Part shown: positions 50,303 through 59,651 of the stretch, in pieces | Numbering within the stretch: the stretch's first letter is position 1 | Layout: every line of letters starts with the position of its first letter | Assembly: GCA_963667785.2 (NCBI GenBank) | Contig: CAXXMU010000006.1 | Coordinates: forward strand, 448,001 to 512,000 | DNA from: Alphaproteobacteria bacterium | GTDB lineage: Bacteria > Pseudomonadota > Alphaproteobacteria > UBA828 | Direction: 5' to 3' | DNA length: 64,000 bases | The notes under the pieces: generated by a model | What the model saw: the letters and a program-made list of their open reading frames with translations, nothing else | Databases searched by the model: none | What the model was told of the DNA's origin: nothing | Position numbers and translations under genes: made by a program

Positions 50303-51919
50303 TCAGCCGGTCTCGCCGTCCACCCTGGCCCGGAAGAGCCGGTGGGCCAGGTCGCGCCCGAGGCGCTCCGGGGTGCCGGCTTCGGCGAGAAGCGCCAGGA
50401 ACGAATCGGCGTCCTGCGCCGCCTCGAGCGCGTCCGCCACCGGCCCGATCAGGTCGTCCGCGAGCACGTCCCAGCCGCCGCCGGCCTCCAGCGCCGCGTC
50501 GATCGCCTCGGCCGCGCTCAGCGCGACGTTGGGCGCGGGCGGCTCCTCCTCCCCGCCGTCATCGTCCTCAGGCTCGTCGCCCTCTTCGGGCGGCTCCGCC
50601 GCCGCCTGGCCGGCCGGGAGGCCGGTGAGGACCGGCTCGCCTTCCTTGGGCTCGGGGATGCCCATGCGGCCCCGCACCCAGGTCTGGGGGATCAGCAGGC
50701 CGACGCGGGCGCCCTCCGCCACGGCGGCCATCTCGAGCGCCTCTTCGCGAGGCGGGAGCGCCAGGCGCGGCCAGCCGGCCGGGCGCGGGGCGAAGTTCAG
50801 CTCGCAGTACGGCGCGATGACGGCGGCGGTGATCGTCTCGCACATCTGGCGCACGTCGTCCCCGACCAGGTCGTCCCGGACGTCGGCGTGCACCTGCGCC
50901 TGGCTCAGGCTCGAGCCGTCGTCGGCGGTCATGGTCTGGCCCACCACGGCCTTCGACACCTGCTCGTCGCACCAGCGCGCCTGGGCCGGGAAGAGCGAGT
51001 CCGACGATCCGCCGCTCCGCGCCGCCTGGATGAACTCGATCTGCATCGTGTCGGGGATGGTGGCGCCGGCGTCCGACGCCAGCGCCGCGATCGCCTCGAC
51101 CAGGGTCTGGATGTCCTCGTCGGTGGCGTTGGGGCCGTACTTGCCGACGCGCACGGGAATGCCGAACACCTCGCCATAGGCCCACCAGTCGCGGATCGCC
51201 GTCGACTTCAGCAGCCACATGGTGGCCGCGACGTAGGCGAGGCCGCCCCGGACGGGCAGCCCGCTCTTGGAGCGGTGGCGGTGGTAGACGAACTTGCCCG
51301 CCGCCAGCGGGTCCGCGTTGCCGTCCCAGCCGCCGGTGCCGGAGCCCGCGCCGGGCTCGTCGCGGAGCAGGAGCGGCGTCTCGCCGTCCTCGGCCGAGAA
51401 CACCAGCCAGCGCGGATCGATCCGGTGGTAGGCCGCCGGGACCCAGCGATCGCCCTGCCGGGCCCAGACGATCTCCTGGCAGGAGACGCCCTTGCCGATG
51501 CCGTCCAGCAGGTCGAGCAGCATGTCGTGCCAGCCCGGCCCCTGCATCACCCGCTCGCGCACCTCGTCGGCGAGCTCCACGTCGGCGTCGTCATCCGACG
51601 CCGGCAGCACGTCCACGGGCGCGGAGGCGGCGCGGAGGCGGCGCTGCTGCAGCACGCCGCGGTAGTGCGCGTCCCGCTCCTCGATCTCTTCCGCGAGCTC
51701 GAAGAAGTCCGGGCACCAGGCGCCCTGGGCGACCTGCAGATAGATCGAGCGCAGGCGCTCCGGCGTGAGCGTGGTGACGACGGAGCGCCACTGCTGGGCG
51801 CGGCGCAGCCCCACGACGGAGGGCGCCGCGGTGCGCCGGCCGAGATCGCGCCGGGGCGCCAGGGCGGCCGCCAGCGCCTGCACGCCCCGGGCGAGCAGCT
51901 CGTAGGATTCGGCGATCAC
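50303..51919 (-). CDS. Portal protein (Mu gp29, DUF935)
   Basis: EIEERDAH, EVFGIPVRVGKY, SKAVVGQTMT. Confidence 0.92.
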   Translation of the reverse strand: MIAESYELLARGVQALAAALAPRRDLGRRTAAPSVVGLRRAQQWRSVVTTLTPERLRSIYLQVAQGAWCPDFFELAEEIEERDAHYRGVLQQRRLRAASAPVDVLPASDDDADVELADEVRERVMQGPGWHDMLLDLLDGIGKGVSCQEIVWARQGDRWVPAAYHRIDPRWLVFSAEDGETPLLLRDEPGAGSGTGGWDGNADPLAAGKFVYHRHRSKSGLPVRGGLAYVAATMWLLKSTAIRDWWAYGEVFGIPVRVGKYGPNATDEDIQTLVEAIAALASDAGATIPDTMQIEFIQAARSGGSSDSLFPAQARWCDEQVSKAVVGQTMTADDGSSLSQAQVHADVRDDLVGDDVRQMCETITAAVIAPYCELNFAPRPAGWPRLALPPREEALEMAAVAEGARVGLLIPQTWVRGRMGIPEPKEGEPVLTGLPAGQAAAEPPEEGDEPEDDDGGEEEPPAPNVALSAAEAIDAALEAGGGWDVLADDLIGPVADALEAAQDADSFLALLAEAGTPERLGRDLAHRLFRARVDGETG

Positions 51920-53331
51920 GCGAGCCCGCCCGGCTGCCAGCGCATCGAGGGCGCGTTGCCCCGCCGCCCGGTGGGCTGGCGCGACGAGGGCGAGGGCTGG
52001 CGGTGGTTGTCGATCCGGTGAAGCCCGAAGCGCTCGACCCGTTCCGCAGCGGCGGCGCAGGCCAGCGCCAGCGCCCAGAAGCGGTCGGCGTGGCCGTCCG
52101 TTTCGCTCTCGTCGGCGAGGAGGCGCGGCTGGCCGGTCGGGCCGGCCTCGGCCCGGATCGAGTGGAGATCGCGGCGCAGGTCGTCGTCGGCGAAGATGCG
52201 CAGCTTCTGATCCTCGACCCTCTCCCGCAGTGCCGTGGCAACGTCGAGGCGGCGCGGGCCGGTCATCAGCACGCCGTCGACCCGGTGCCGGCCGTGATCG
52301 TCCTGCAGCTGCTCGACGATGCCTTCGCCCATGCCGGTCTGGTCGACCGCGATGCGGACCGGCCGATAGCGCTTGGCCAGGTCGCCCACGATGGCACGCT
52401 GCCTCTTGAAGGGGATGCCCTGGCGCACTACCAGCTCGCGCAGCCAGAGCACGTCGCCGACCCGCTCCAGCACGGCGGCAACCCAGAGATCGCGGCGGCG
52501 GGCGACGTCGACGCCGATGAAGGCGGCACCGCCAGCGAAGTGCTTTCGCTTGCCCGCCTTGCCGGCCTTGTCCTCGCAGGCCCGGATCATGTCCCAGGTG
52601 AGCCACGCGCCGGAGCCGGCGGAGGGGACGCAGTCGAGCTCCTCCCCGCCGCGGTGGCCGTAGGTGCTGCGGATGCCGGCCTCCCACTCGGCCTCGGCCT
52701 CCGGCGACCACGACCGGCCGGTCACCTCGAAGATACGCCGCGCCAGCCCCTCGTCGATAGCCTGGCGGAAGGTGATGGTATGGACCGATCCCGGCTGCCT
52801 GCCGTCGCGCACGTCGCGCAGCAGCAGGTTGAACGGCGAGGCCTCGCCGTTGTGGGTCGAGATCACGTGGACGCGGCCGCCCCAGGTGAGGAAGGCGAGC
52901 GCCGCCTTCAGCACCCCCTCGAGATCGTCGACGAAGGCGGCCTCGTCGACGATCGCGCGGTCGCCCGGCCGGCCCTTGGACCTGAGCGCGCGCGGCGCGC
53001 TGGTCATCGACGTGATGGTCTTGCCCGAGGCGAGCTGGATGCGGAAGACCTGGACGGCCTTGGAATCGCCGAGGTCGAGCACGCTCTCGCCGATGGCGCC
53101 GGCGCCGGCATCCAGAACGCGTGCCCATTCCGCGCAGTCGTCGATGAAGCCCCGCGTCATCTCCTTGTCGTAGGACTGGTAGGTCACGTTCCCCTTGCCC
53201 GCGAAGGCATGCATCACGGCGTCGTAGGCCTCGGCCCAGCTGAGGCCGATGCGGCGCGACTTTTCGACGATCTTGAGCGGGGCGTCATCGGCGACCCAGC
53301 GGCGCTGGTAGGGCAGGAGAGACCGCTTCAT
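51916..53331 (-). CDS. Terminase large subunit (Mu gp28-like)
   Basis: LLPYQRRW, KSRRIGLSW, IVDEAAF, ISTHNG, GVDVARRRD, GHADRFWA. Confidence 0.94.
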   Translation of the reverse strand: MKRSLLPYQRRWVADDAPLKIVEKSRRIGLSWAEAYDAVMHAFAGKGNVTYQSYDKEMTRGFIDDCAEWARVLDAGAGAIGESVLDLGDSKAVQVFRIQLASGKTITSMTSAPRALRSKGRPGDRAIVDEAAFVDDLEGVLKAALAFLTWGGRVHVISTHNGEASPFNLLLRDVRDGRQPGSVHTITFRQAIDEGLARRIFEVTGRSWSPEAEAEWEAGIRSTYGHRGGEELDCVPSAGSGAWLTWDMIRACEDKAGKAGKRKHFAGGAAFIGVDVARRRDLWVAAVLERVGDVLWLRELVVRQGIPFKRQRAIVGDLAKRYRPVRIAVDQTGMGEGIVEQLQDDHGRHRVDGVLMTGPRRLDVATALRERVEDQKLRIFADDDLRRDLHSIRAEAGPTGQPRLLADESETDGHADRFWALALACAAAAERVERFGLHRIDNHRQPSPSSRQPTGRRGNAPSMRWQPGGLA

Positions 53332-53900
53332 TCGGCCCCCTCGATCGCCTCTCTAATCGCGGCGACCTTGTCCTCCGGCACGTTGGCACGGCGCGCCGCC
53401 TTGCTGGCGCGGTCGATGGCGGCGGCCCGCTCTTCAGCGCGGACCTCGCGCTCGCGTCGGTCGGTGTAGTGTGTGGCCCTCGTATTCCGCTGAAGCGTGA
53501 GCGTGAGCTGGCTGATCAGCTCGGCGCGCTCGTCGAGCGGCAGCTCCTCCTGCCGCAACCGCAGCAGCAGGGCCATCAGCTCCTGCTGGAGCAGGTTCTG
53601 CAGCCCCCGATCGATCCGTATGCCGTCCTCGGCGGGCTGCGCCAGAGCCTCGGCAACGACTGCCGCGGCACGGGCGTTCTCGGCCAGCGCGCGGCGCGAC
53701 GGGCGCGTCAGATACCGGCTCAGGCTTGCCGGAGAGATCGGATCGTCGCCGGCGGCGACGATGTCCGGGTTGACCGCATCCAGGATCTCCGTCTGATGCG
53801 CGCCCTCGCGGTCCATCTTGTTGATCGTATCGCGCACGTGCTGGGGCTGCCGGTCGACGCGGCCCATGCGGCCGCGCGCGACGCGCGCCTCGTCAGCCAT
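53328..53900 (-). CDS. Mu gp27-like (DUF3486) putative small terminase
   Basis: GRVDRQPQHVR, ISPASLSRY; upstream of TerL. Confidence 0.72.
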   Translation of the reverse strand: MADEARVARGRMGRVDRQPQHVRDTINKMDREGAHQTEILDAVNPDIVAAGDDPISPASLSRYLTRPSRRALAENARAAAVVAEALAQPAEDGIRIDRGLQNLLQQELMALLLRLRQEELPLDERAELISQLTLTLQRNTRATHYTDRREREVRAEERAAAIDRASKAARRANVPEDKVAAIREAIEGAE

Positions 53901-54192
53901 CGCCCGGCATCGGCCGTGCGACGCCGGGCACCGTCTCGCGCCCGGCCGCGACGTCGGCGCCGCGATCGGTCAGCCGGGCCACGACGTAGCCAGCCTCCTC
54001 GCGGGTCTCCAGGAGGCCGCGCGCCGCGAGCCAGTGCAGCACGTCCCTCTGGCCGGACACCGGCTGGCGGTGCCCGAGCGCCTCGAGGGCACGGCCGATC
54101 GTCCTGTGGTTGGCCTCGTAGCCGCCCATATCGGCCAGCAGGCGCAGCACGTCCAGACGGCAGCTCTCCTGCTCGGCCTCATTCCAATTCAC
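53893..54192 (-). CDS. Mu gp26-like winged-helix protein
   Basis: RLDVLRLL, WLAARGLL, ARLTDRGADVAAG...PGVARP. Confidence 0.78.
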   Translation of the reverse strand: MNWNEAEQESCRLDVLRLLADMGGYEANHRTIGRALEALGHRQPVSGQRDVLHWLAARGLLETREEAGYVVARLTDRGADVAAGRETVPGVARPMPGDG

Positions 54193-54195
54193 CGC

Positions 54196-54528
54196 TTAGC
54201 CCCCCCCCCCTTGCACGGTTCTGAGGTAGGCGTCGAGGCGCGACACCAACGGGGACAGCTGCGAGATGACGCCCTCGTGTTCCGCCACGTCCCTGGCGAC
54301 GTTCCCCACGTCCTTGGTCAGCGCGTTGTGCTCCTGCCAGAGACGATCGACCGAGCGAGATTCCAATTTCGCCTCGGCCGCCGCGAGGCGCTCCGCGACC
54401 TCTTTCAGCTCGTCCGCGATCTCCCGCATCGTGGCTTCGGAGGGGGGCGTGGAGCGCAGGATGCGGTTTGCGAACCATGCGATGACGCCCGCGCCGATAA
54501 CCATCGCCGCGGCGTAGAGCTCGTTCAT
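54196..54528 (-). CDS. Membrane-anchored coiled-coil protein (Mu gp25/DUF2730 position)
   Basis: N-terminal TM helix, coiled coil, RLDAYL ending. Confidence 0.55.
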   Translation of the reverse strand: MNELYAAAMVIGAGVIAWFANRILRSTPPSEATMREIADELKEVAERLAAAEAKLESRSVDRLWQEHNALTKDVGNVARDVAEHEGVISQLSPLVSRLDAYLRTVQGGGG

Positions 54529-54809
54529 CGCGCGCCCCCCATCCGCTCTCGGCACTCGGCGGCGCCGGCGCGCCAGGCCAGCACCTCTCTCCGGCACGCC
54601 GAGCCCCAGGCGCGCGTGTCGACGGCGGTGCCCGCCAGGGCCTCCGGGGATCCGGCCCTCGCCACCGGCGCCTCGCCGCAAAGCGGCGCGGGGTCCACGT
54701 CGGGGCACGGCACCAGGCGCGGCGATGAGGGGACGTGGACCACCTCCGGCGTCCGGTCGCAGGCGGCCAGTAGGGCGATGGCCGCCAGGGCGATGGCGGC
54801 GCCCCTCAC
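54525..54809 (-). CDS. Putative o-spanin lipoprotein
   Basis: Lipobox LLAAC, Pro/Cys-rich, follows i-spanin candidate. Confidence 0.65.
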   Translation of the reverse strand: MRGAAIALAAIALLAACDRTPEVVHVPSSPRLVPCPDVDPAPLCGEAPVARAGSPEALAGTAVDTRAWGSACRREVLAWRAGAAECRERMGGAR

Positions 54810-55267
54810 GGCTGGCCCTCCACGATGCTGCGGAGCTCGTCGGGCAGCGCGCAGCCGGGACGGCAGATGCCCGGCGCCGGATCCGCCGCAGCGGCGGAGG
54901 CCTCCGCGAGCTCGGTCTCGTGCCGGGCAACGATCCCGACCACCTCGGCCTTGTGCCGTTCGATCGCGGCGGCGAGCGCCCGCCGTGCGGCCGCGTGCGC
55001 CGCCGCCTCGTCTTCCCAGCCCTCGACGGCGGAGGACGCGGCCGCACGCGAGGCGCCCAGCGCGTCTTCGATCAGCCCGCGGGCCTCCCGCTCCTCCTCC
55101 TGCGCGGCGCGCACCATGGCGAGCTCGCGCTCGGCGCCGGCGCCGGCGGTCAGCTCGCCCAGGGCGCACGAGCCGCCCAGGCCGATCGCGGCGGCACCGG
55201 CCACACCCAGCACCAGCTTCAGGATGCAGGAGAGGCCGCCGAGGGAGGCCGAGACGATCGGGATCAT
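54806..55267 (-). CDS. Putative i-spanin
   Basis: N-terminal TM helix, long helical region, C-terminal Cys; after endolysin. Confidence 0.6.
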   Translation of the reverse strand: MIPIVSASLGGLSCILKLVLGVAGAAAIGLGGSCALGELTAGAGAERELAMVRAAQEEEREARGLIEDALGASRAAASSAVEGWEDEAAAHAAARRALAAAIERHKAEVVGIVARHETELAEASAAAADPAPGICRPGCALPDELRSIVEGQP

Positions 55268-55842
55268 TCGGGGACCTCCTCGAGCTCGGCGAGATCGGCC
55301 AGCAGGCCCTCCCAGCGGGCGACGTAGCCGACGGTCTCCTTCGCGTGCCGGCCGGTGACGGCCGGGAGGTGGGGCGCGATGCCGGCCCAGCAGGGCTCGC
55401 CGCCGGAGAGCTCCTGGGCGTCGATCAGGTGGCGCTGGCCGGCGTTGTAGCTCGCGACCTGGAGGCGCAGACGGCACCAGTCGGAGCGCGGGGCGCTCCA
55501 GATGCGGGCGAGCCCCTCCATATGGACCGCCGCGACGTGGGCGGAGAGCCAGGGGTCGAACGGGCTGCCCTCCCAGCCGCGGCGCTGCATGTGATCCGCC
55601 CAGGTCGCGGGCATGATCTGCCAGGCGCCCTCCGCGCCCGCCGGCGAGACCGCCTCGGCGCGCCAGTCGGATTCGGCGCCGGCCTGGGCCACCAGGGCAC
55701 ACCAGAGGTGCCGCCGCTGCGGCGCCCAGTGGAGCATCACCGCACGGCGCGCGTGGTCGCTGTAGAGCTGGCCGTCGGCGGCGTGCGGCGTGCAGGGCGT
55801 CAACGCCAGTTGCAGCGCGAGGAGGAGCTCGGCGCCGGACAC
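55264..55842 (-). CDS. Lytic transglycosylase (SLT) endolysin
   Basis: AES...AVSPAGAEGAWQIMPATW, ASYNAG, ETVGYV. Confidence 0.92.
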   Translation of the reverse strand: MSGAELLLALQLALTPCTPHAADGQLYSDHARRAVMLHWAPQRRHLWCALVAQAGAESDWRAEAVSPAGAEGAWQIMPATWADHMQRRGWEGSPFDPWLSAHVAAVHMEGLARIWSAPRSDWCRLRLQVASYNAGQRHLIDAQELSGGEPCWAGIAPHLPAVTGRHAKETVGYVARWEGLLADLAELEEVPE

Positions 55843-55844
55843 GG

Positions 55845-56162
55845 CTACCCCGCCGGCGTGGCGAGCTGCCCGATCAGATCGAGGACACCGGAGATCGTGA
55901 ATCCGCTGAGGATGGCGAACGCGATGGCCAGCCCCGCCTGCCGGATAGCGCGTCCGGCGGTCGGCGGCCCCGTGGCGTTGAGGTCGGACTCCCAGATCGC
56001 CTGCGAGCTCTTGAGCTCGTCAATGAAGGGGAAGGCGGTCTTTTGCACCCGTGGCCAGCCCCAGAACAGGCTGATCACCGCGACGCCGGCGATGAGGCCG
56101 AGGAAAATCCAGCCGCAGGTGATGACGAAGGTGGCGAGCGATCCGGCCGTGTCCATCTGCAT
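55845..56162 (-). CDS. Putative holin
   Basis: About 105 aa, two TM helices, first gene of the lysis cassette. Confidence 0.55.
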   Translation of the reverse strand: MQMDTAGSLATFVITCGWIFLGLIAGVAVISLFWGWPRVQKTAFPFIDELKSSQAIWESDLNATGPPTAGRAIRQAGLAIAFAILSGFTISGVLDLIGQLATPAG

Positions 56163-56196
56163 CCCTCCGGGGGGGGGCTGTGGTTGGGCGAGGGGG

Positions 56197-56235
56197 AGGC
56201 TACCCCGAAAATAGGGGGCCATTTATTCCAAAACC
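56197..56235 (-). promoter_or_regulatory. Putative phage late promoter for the lysis operon
   Basis: Minus strand GGTTTTGGAATAAA-19 bp-TAGCCT. Confidence 0.72.
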
Positions 56236-56309
56236 CGGCGGCGGACCGGGCTATCGTGCGCCGGGCAGCGCCACCGCCGGCGGGCTCCCTGAAGGGCCGG
56301 GCGGGGGCC

Positions 56310-56420
56310 GGGGTGTTGGGGACACCCCAACCGGGAGCCGGAGCTCCCACGACCGCAACCGGCCGCATCGCGGCCGTCCCGCCACCCCGCACGGGGCGGG
56401 GGCATTATCGTGGGAGCTCC
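56310..56420 (+). ncRNA. Putative structured cis-regulatory leader of the methylase gene
   Basis: 7-bp hairpin, then a 13-bp perfect stem (56340-56352 with 56408-56420) enclosing two hairpins and covering the GGGAG RBS. Confidence 0.5.
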
Positions 56421-56422
56421 CG

Positions 56423-57250
56423 GTGTCGTCCAACCCGATGGATTGCGGCTTGCGGCCGGTGGAGGCCGCCGAGCCGATCGCCGCCTGGTTCGGCGGCAAG
56501 AAGTATCTCGCGAAGCGCATCATCGAGCGGATCGAGGCGGTGCCGCACGACTGCTATGCCGAGCCATTCTGCGGCATGGCCGGGGTGTTCCTGCGCCGCG
56601 CGCGCCGGCCGAGAACCGAGATCATCAACGATGCGAACGGGGAGATCGTCAACCTGTACCGCATCGCGCGCGAGCACCCCGCCGAGCTCATGCGGCAGTT
56701 TCGCTGGGTGCTCTCCGCCCGCGCCGACTTCGCCCGCCTGATGGAGACCCCGCCGGACGTTCTCACCGACGTCCAGCGCGCCGCCCGCTTCGCCTACCTC
56801 CAGACCATAATGTTCGGCGGCAAGCCCGCCACCCTGGGAAGCCGCGGCACCGTCTCGATCAGCGCCCACCATCCGGCGAAGCTCACCGACGCGCGGCTGC
56901 GCCGCCGCGTGGCCGCGGCGCACAGGCGGCTGCGGGGCGTCAATATCGAATGCCTCGACTGGAAGGCGTTCATCCGCCGGCACGACAAGCCCTTCACGCT
57001 CTTCTACATCGATCCGCCGTACTGGGGGCACGAGGCCGACTACGGCAAGGGCCTCTTCGCCCGCGAGGACTTCGCGGCGATGGCGACCATCCTTCGCGGC
57101 CTCAAGGGCCGCTTCATCCTGTCGCTGAACGACAGGCCCGAGGTGCGGAAGCTCTTCGCCGGCTTCCGGATGGAGGAGGTCGAGACGCGCTACAGCGCCA
57201 ACATCAAGTCCACGCGGCGTGTGGGAGAGCTGCTGATCAGCGGGGAGTGA
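56423..57250 (+). CDS. D12-class N6-adenine DNA methyltransferase
   Basis: WFGGKK, YAEPFCG, IINDAN, FYIDPPY. Confidence 0.93.
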   Translation: MSSNPMDCGLRPVEAAEPIAAWFGGKKYLAKRIIERIEAVPHDCYAEPFCGMAGVFLRRARRPRTEIINDANGEIVNLYRIAREHPAELMRQFRWVLSARADFARLMETPPDVLTDVQRAARFAYLQTIMFGGKPATLGSRGTVSISAHHPAKLTDARLRRRVAAAHRRLRGVNIECLDWKAFIRRHDKPFTLFYIDPPYWGHEADYGKGLFAREDFAAMATILRGLKGRFILSLNDRPEVRKLFAGFRMEEVETRYSANIKSTRRVGELLISGE

Positions 57251-57276
57251 CCGTCAGATCGACAAGCGCGATGCCT

Positions 57277-57825
57277 TCAGGCGATGGCCGGGCGCTTCCG
57301 CACGGCGGCGGCGTAGTCGGCCTGGCTGAGCCAATTGGCGAGGGCGGCGCGCATCCAGGGGATAGGAGGTCGCGGGCGTTCATCGCCGAGAGCGCGCAGC
57401 AGCTCGTAATGGCACAGCATGTTCAGCAGGTGCAGCACCGGCGGCTCGGTCGCCTCGATCCGCAGCCGCTCCCGCGTCAGCTCCTCGTGCTCGGCATCGT
57501 CCAGGTTGCGGTCATGGGCGAAGCGCTGCTCGAGGCCGATGAACTGCCTGGCGAGATCGCCGTGATGGTTGGCGCGCCGTGCCGTGCCTACCGCGAGATC
57601 GACCGCGCTCGCCACGGCGACAGCTGCCGCCGCGATCGCCGGCAGCCATCCCGGCGATAGTTGGGCAGTCACCGTCGCCACGGCGGCGGAGCCTCCGATC
57701 GCGCCCATCGCGACCGTTGCGGAGTTCCACATCTCGTAGAAACGCCGGCGGCGGTCGTGATAGCGCACCGACCGGCGCACGCCGAACAGCAGATCGTATG
57801 TCCTGCGGTCAAGGTGCTCCGTCAT
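57277..57825 (-). CDS. Two-TM SLATT-like membrane protein
   Basis: Basic helix RRSVRYHDRRRRFY, two TM helices, ARRANHH helical C-terminus. Confidence 0.55.
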   Translation of the reverse strand: MTEHLDRRTYDLLFGVRRSVRYHDRRRRFYEMWNSATVAMGAIGGSAAVATVTAQLSPGWLPAIAAAAVAVASAVDLAVGTARRANHHGDLARQFIGLEQRFAHDRNLDDAEHEELTRERLRIEATEPPVLHLLNMLCHYELLRALGDERPRPPIPWMRAALANWLSQADYAAAVRKRPAIA

Positions 57826-58006
57826 CGGACCCTCCCGGCTTGTCCTCGCGATCCGGCCCGGGTCTGGGGTTCGGCTTCGGCCGCTCCGGTGCCAGCGTAT
57901 CCCGGACCGAGAGGCCCTTGTCGACGGCCTCTCTGAGGTCCACCGAGCCCGAGCTCTTCTTTGGCTCGGGCTTCGTGAGCTTATCCGACTTGCGCCGGTC
58001 GGTCAT
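57809..58006 (-). CDS. Small charged low-complexity protein
   Basis: 65 aa, GGAGG RBS, overlaps the SLATT-like gene. Confidence 0.5.
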   Translation of the reverse strand: MTDRRKSDKLTKPEPKKSSGSVDLREAVDKGLSVRDTLAPERPKPNPRPGPDREDKPGGSDDGAP

Positions 58007-58118
58007 CCCAATCCTCCATGCATGGGGTCAGAAGACGGCTTCCCGCGGGCCGCCTCTCGATCGACTGACGGCGGCGGTGCGGGATAGGTGCCTTGCGCCG
58101 GGAATCTCCGCCGGCAAT

Positions 58119-58463
58119 CTATTCGATCTGGTCCATAAGCTGGCAACGGGGCACCCATCCGCCGGGCAACGCGACCTCGAGTTCAAACTTCCAGTATTGC
58201 TCGCCGGTGAGCTTCTCAAACCGGGACGCGGCGAGCGCAGAAGCCTCGTTCACCCAATTGCGGCGCGCCTCGTATTGCCCGTCGTCGAGAGTCGAGATGT
58301 GGCCGAATAACCGATTTGCCGCGAGCGAAACGAGGCCCTGGGCCGTGAAGGCGTCGCACCATTCGCGGAAGTGGCGGGGGCCGTCGGCGGCGGCGGAAGA
58401 CGACAGCAGCCCCACCGCTAGCGTTACTGCCAGAATCGCAAGGCATTTCATTTGGGGCAACAT
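58119..58463 (-). CDS. Secreted hypothetical protein (moron)
   Basis: Signal peptide, lower GC. Confidence 0.55.
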   Translation of the reverse strand: MLPQMKCLAILAVTLAVGLLSSSAAADGPRHFREWCDAFTAQGLVSLAANRLFGHISTLDDGQYEARRNWVNEASALAASRFEKLTGEQYWKFELEVALPGGWVPRCQLMDQIE

Positions 58464-58787
58464 CTAATGCTTTGGGTCTACTAATGGGCGCCCCAAGCAG
58501 TCGAAAAATCCTTCTAGGAGGCCTATGACGGCCCAGTCGCGATCGAAGCTCTCCGCCAACGCAGATACGATTTGGCCGATGTCGTAGATTTCCCAGGCGC
58601 GGTTCGCCTCGCGCATGAGGTGCAGCTTCGTTTCGATCTCGACGCCAATCCTGTCGGCGAACCCGTCGCATTCCAACGGAATGTGCGCCGTGGCTGGCGC
58701 GGTTTCCGCGACCGCTGCGCCCGCGACGACCGCTAGCGCTATCGCGCCCGCGATCGTGAACCGATTCGCGCTTCCGATTTTCCACAC
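58464..58787 (-). CDS. Secreted hypothetical protein (moron)
   Basis: Signal peptide AVA-E, two Cys, AGGAGG RBS, lower GC. Confidence 0.55.
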   Translation of the reverse strand: MWKIGSANRFTIAGAIALAVVAGAAVAETAPATAHIPLECDGFADRIGVEIETKLHLMREANRAWEIYDIGQIVSALAESFDRDWAVIGLLEGFFDCLGRPLVDPKH

Positions 58788-58801
58788 CCCGCTGCCCCCT
58801 C

Positions 58802-59608
58802 CTACTTGAACGTGCGCGAGGCCCAGCGCACCTCGCCGATCACTGTGGCCTGCTGCGGCCAAGGCACGTCGCTCCAGGATGGGTGGTCACTGACCAAGAG
58901 CCAACGGCGCCCAGCCTTCCCGAGGCGCTTCACGATAAGCCCGTCTTCGGCATCGATCACGAAGATCCCGCCGGCGCGACGACGCGTCCGGCTCCGGTCG
59001 ACCAAAATCGAGCAGCCGTCAGGCAGGGTCGGCTCCATGGATTCGCCTCGCACGCTGATCACGACGCACTGGGTCGTATCGATGCCATGGCGATCGAGCC
59101 AGTCGCGGCGAAACCATAAGCGGCCTTTCTCCGGCGCCTCGTCGATGTTGACCGCGCCACCTCCCGCCGCCACCTCGACCTCCCGCGCGCCCATGGACCT
59201 AGAGCCCGGCGGCAGACCGTCTTCGTTCGCCGCCGCGACTCCGAACGCATCGGAGACGGCAAGGGACGCCGGAGCTGGCGCGCGCAGCTCGTCCGGGAGC
59301 GGGTCACCACCAGCGTCAATCACCACCCGATTGAGCACGCGCGCACTTGTCTCCAAATCTCGCAGGGCAGCTGTAGACAGCACTGAGGGACCATCCGCAT
59401 CTGCCCAGACCCGCGCCGGGCCTACATAGAATTCGAGCCCAACTGCGTCGCACACCTCAGCGACGCGCGACAGCTTCGGCTCGTGCCCGCTCAGCACGCT
59501 GCTGATGGCATCACGCGGCAGACCGGCGGCGGTAGCCGTGCCGGCCCTGGATCGGTCACCTAGCGCGACCTTCACGCTGCGCGCGAATTCATCGAGAGCA
59601 GATGACAT
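58802..59608 (-). CDS. CI-like repressor with S24 peptidase domain
   Basis: N-terminal HTH; VRGESMEPTL and IVKRL Ser/Lys dyad. Confidence 0.9.
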   Translation of the reverse strand: MSSALDEFARSVKVALGDRSRAGTATAAGLPRDAISSVLSGHEPKLSRVAEVCDAVGLEFYVGPARVWADADGPSVLSTAALRDLETSARVLNRVVIDAGGDPLPDELRAPAPASLAVSDAFGVAAANEDGLPPGSRSMGAREVEVAAGGGAVNIDEAPEKGRLWFRRDWLDRHGIDTTQCVVISVRGESMEPTLPDGCSILVDRSRTRRRAGGIFVIDAEDGLIVKRLGKAGRRWLLVSDHPSWSDVPWPQQATVIGEVRWASRTFK

Positions 59609-59651
59609 GTGGCATGAATGCCACGCGCAGCCGGGACGCACAACCATTACC

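Noticed and set aside
54200-54210. Poly-C tract (and poly-G near 56169-56177) as phase-variation sites
   Set aside because: They lie at a gene's last codons or upstream of a start, so slippage has no clear effect; cannot be assessed without reads.
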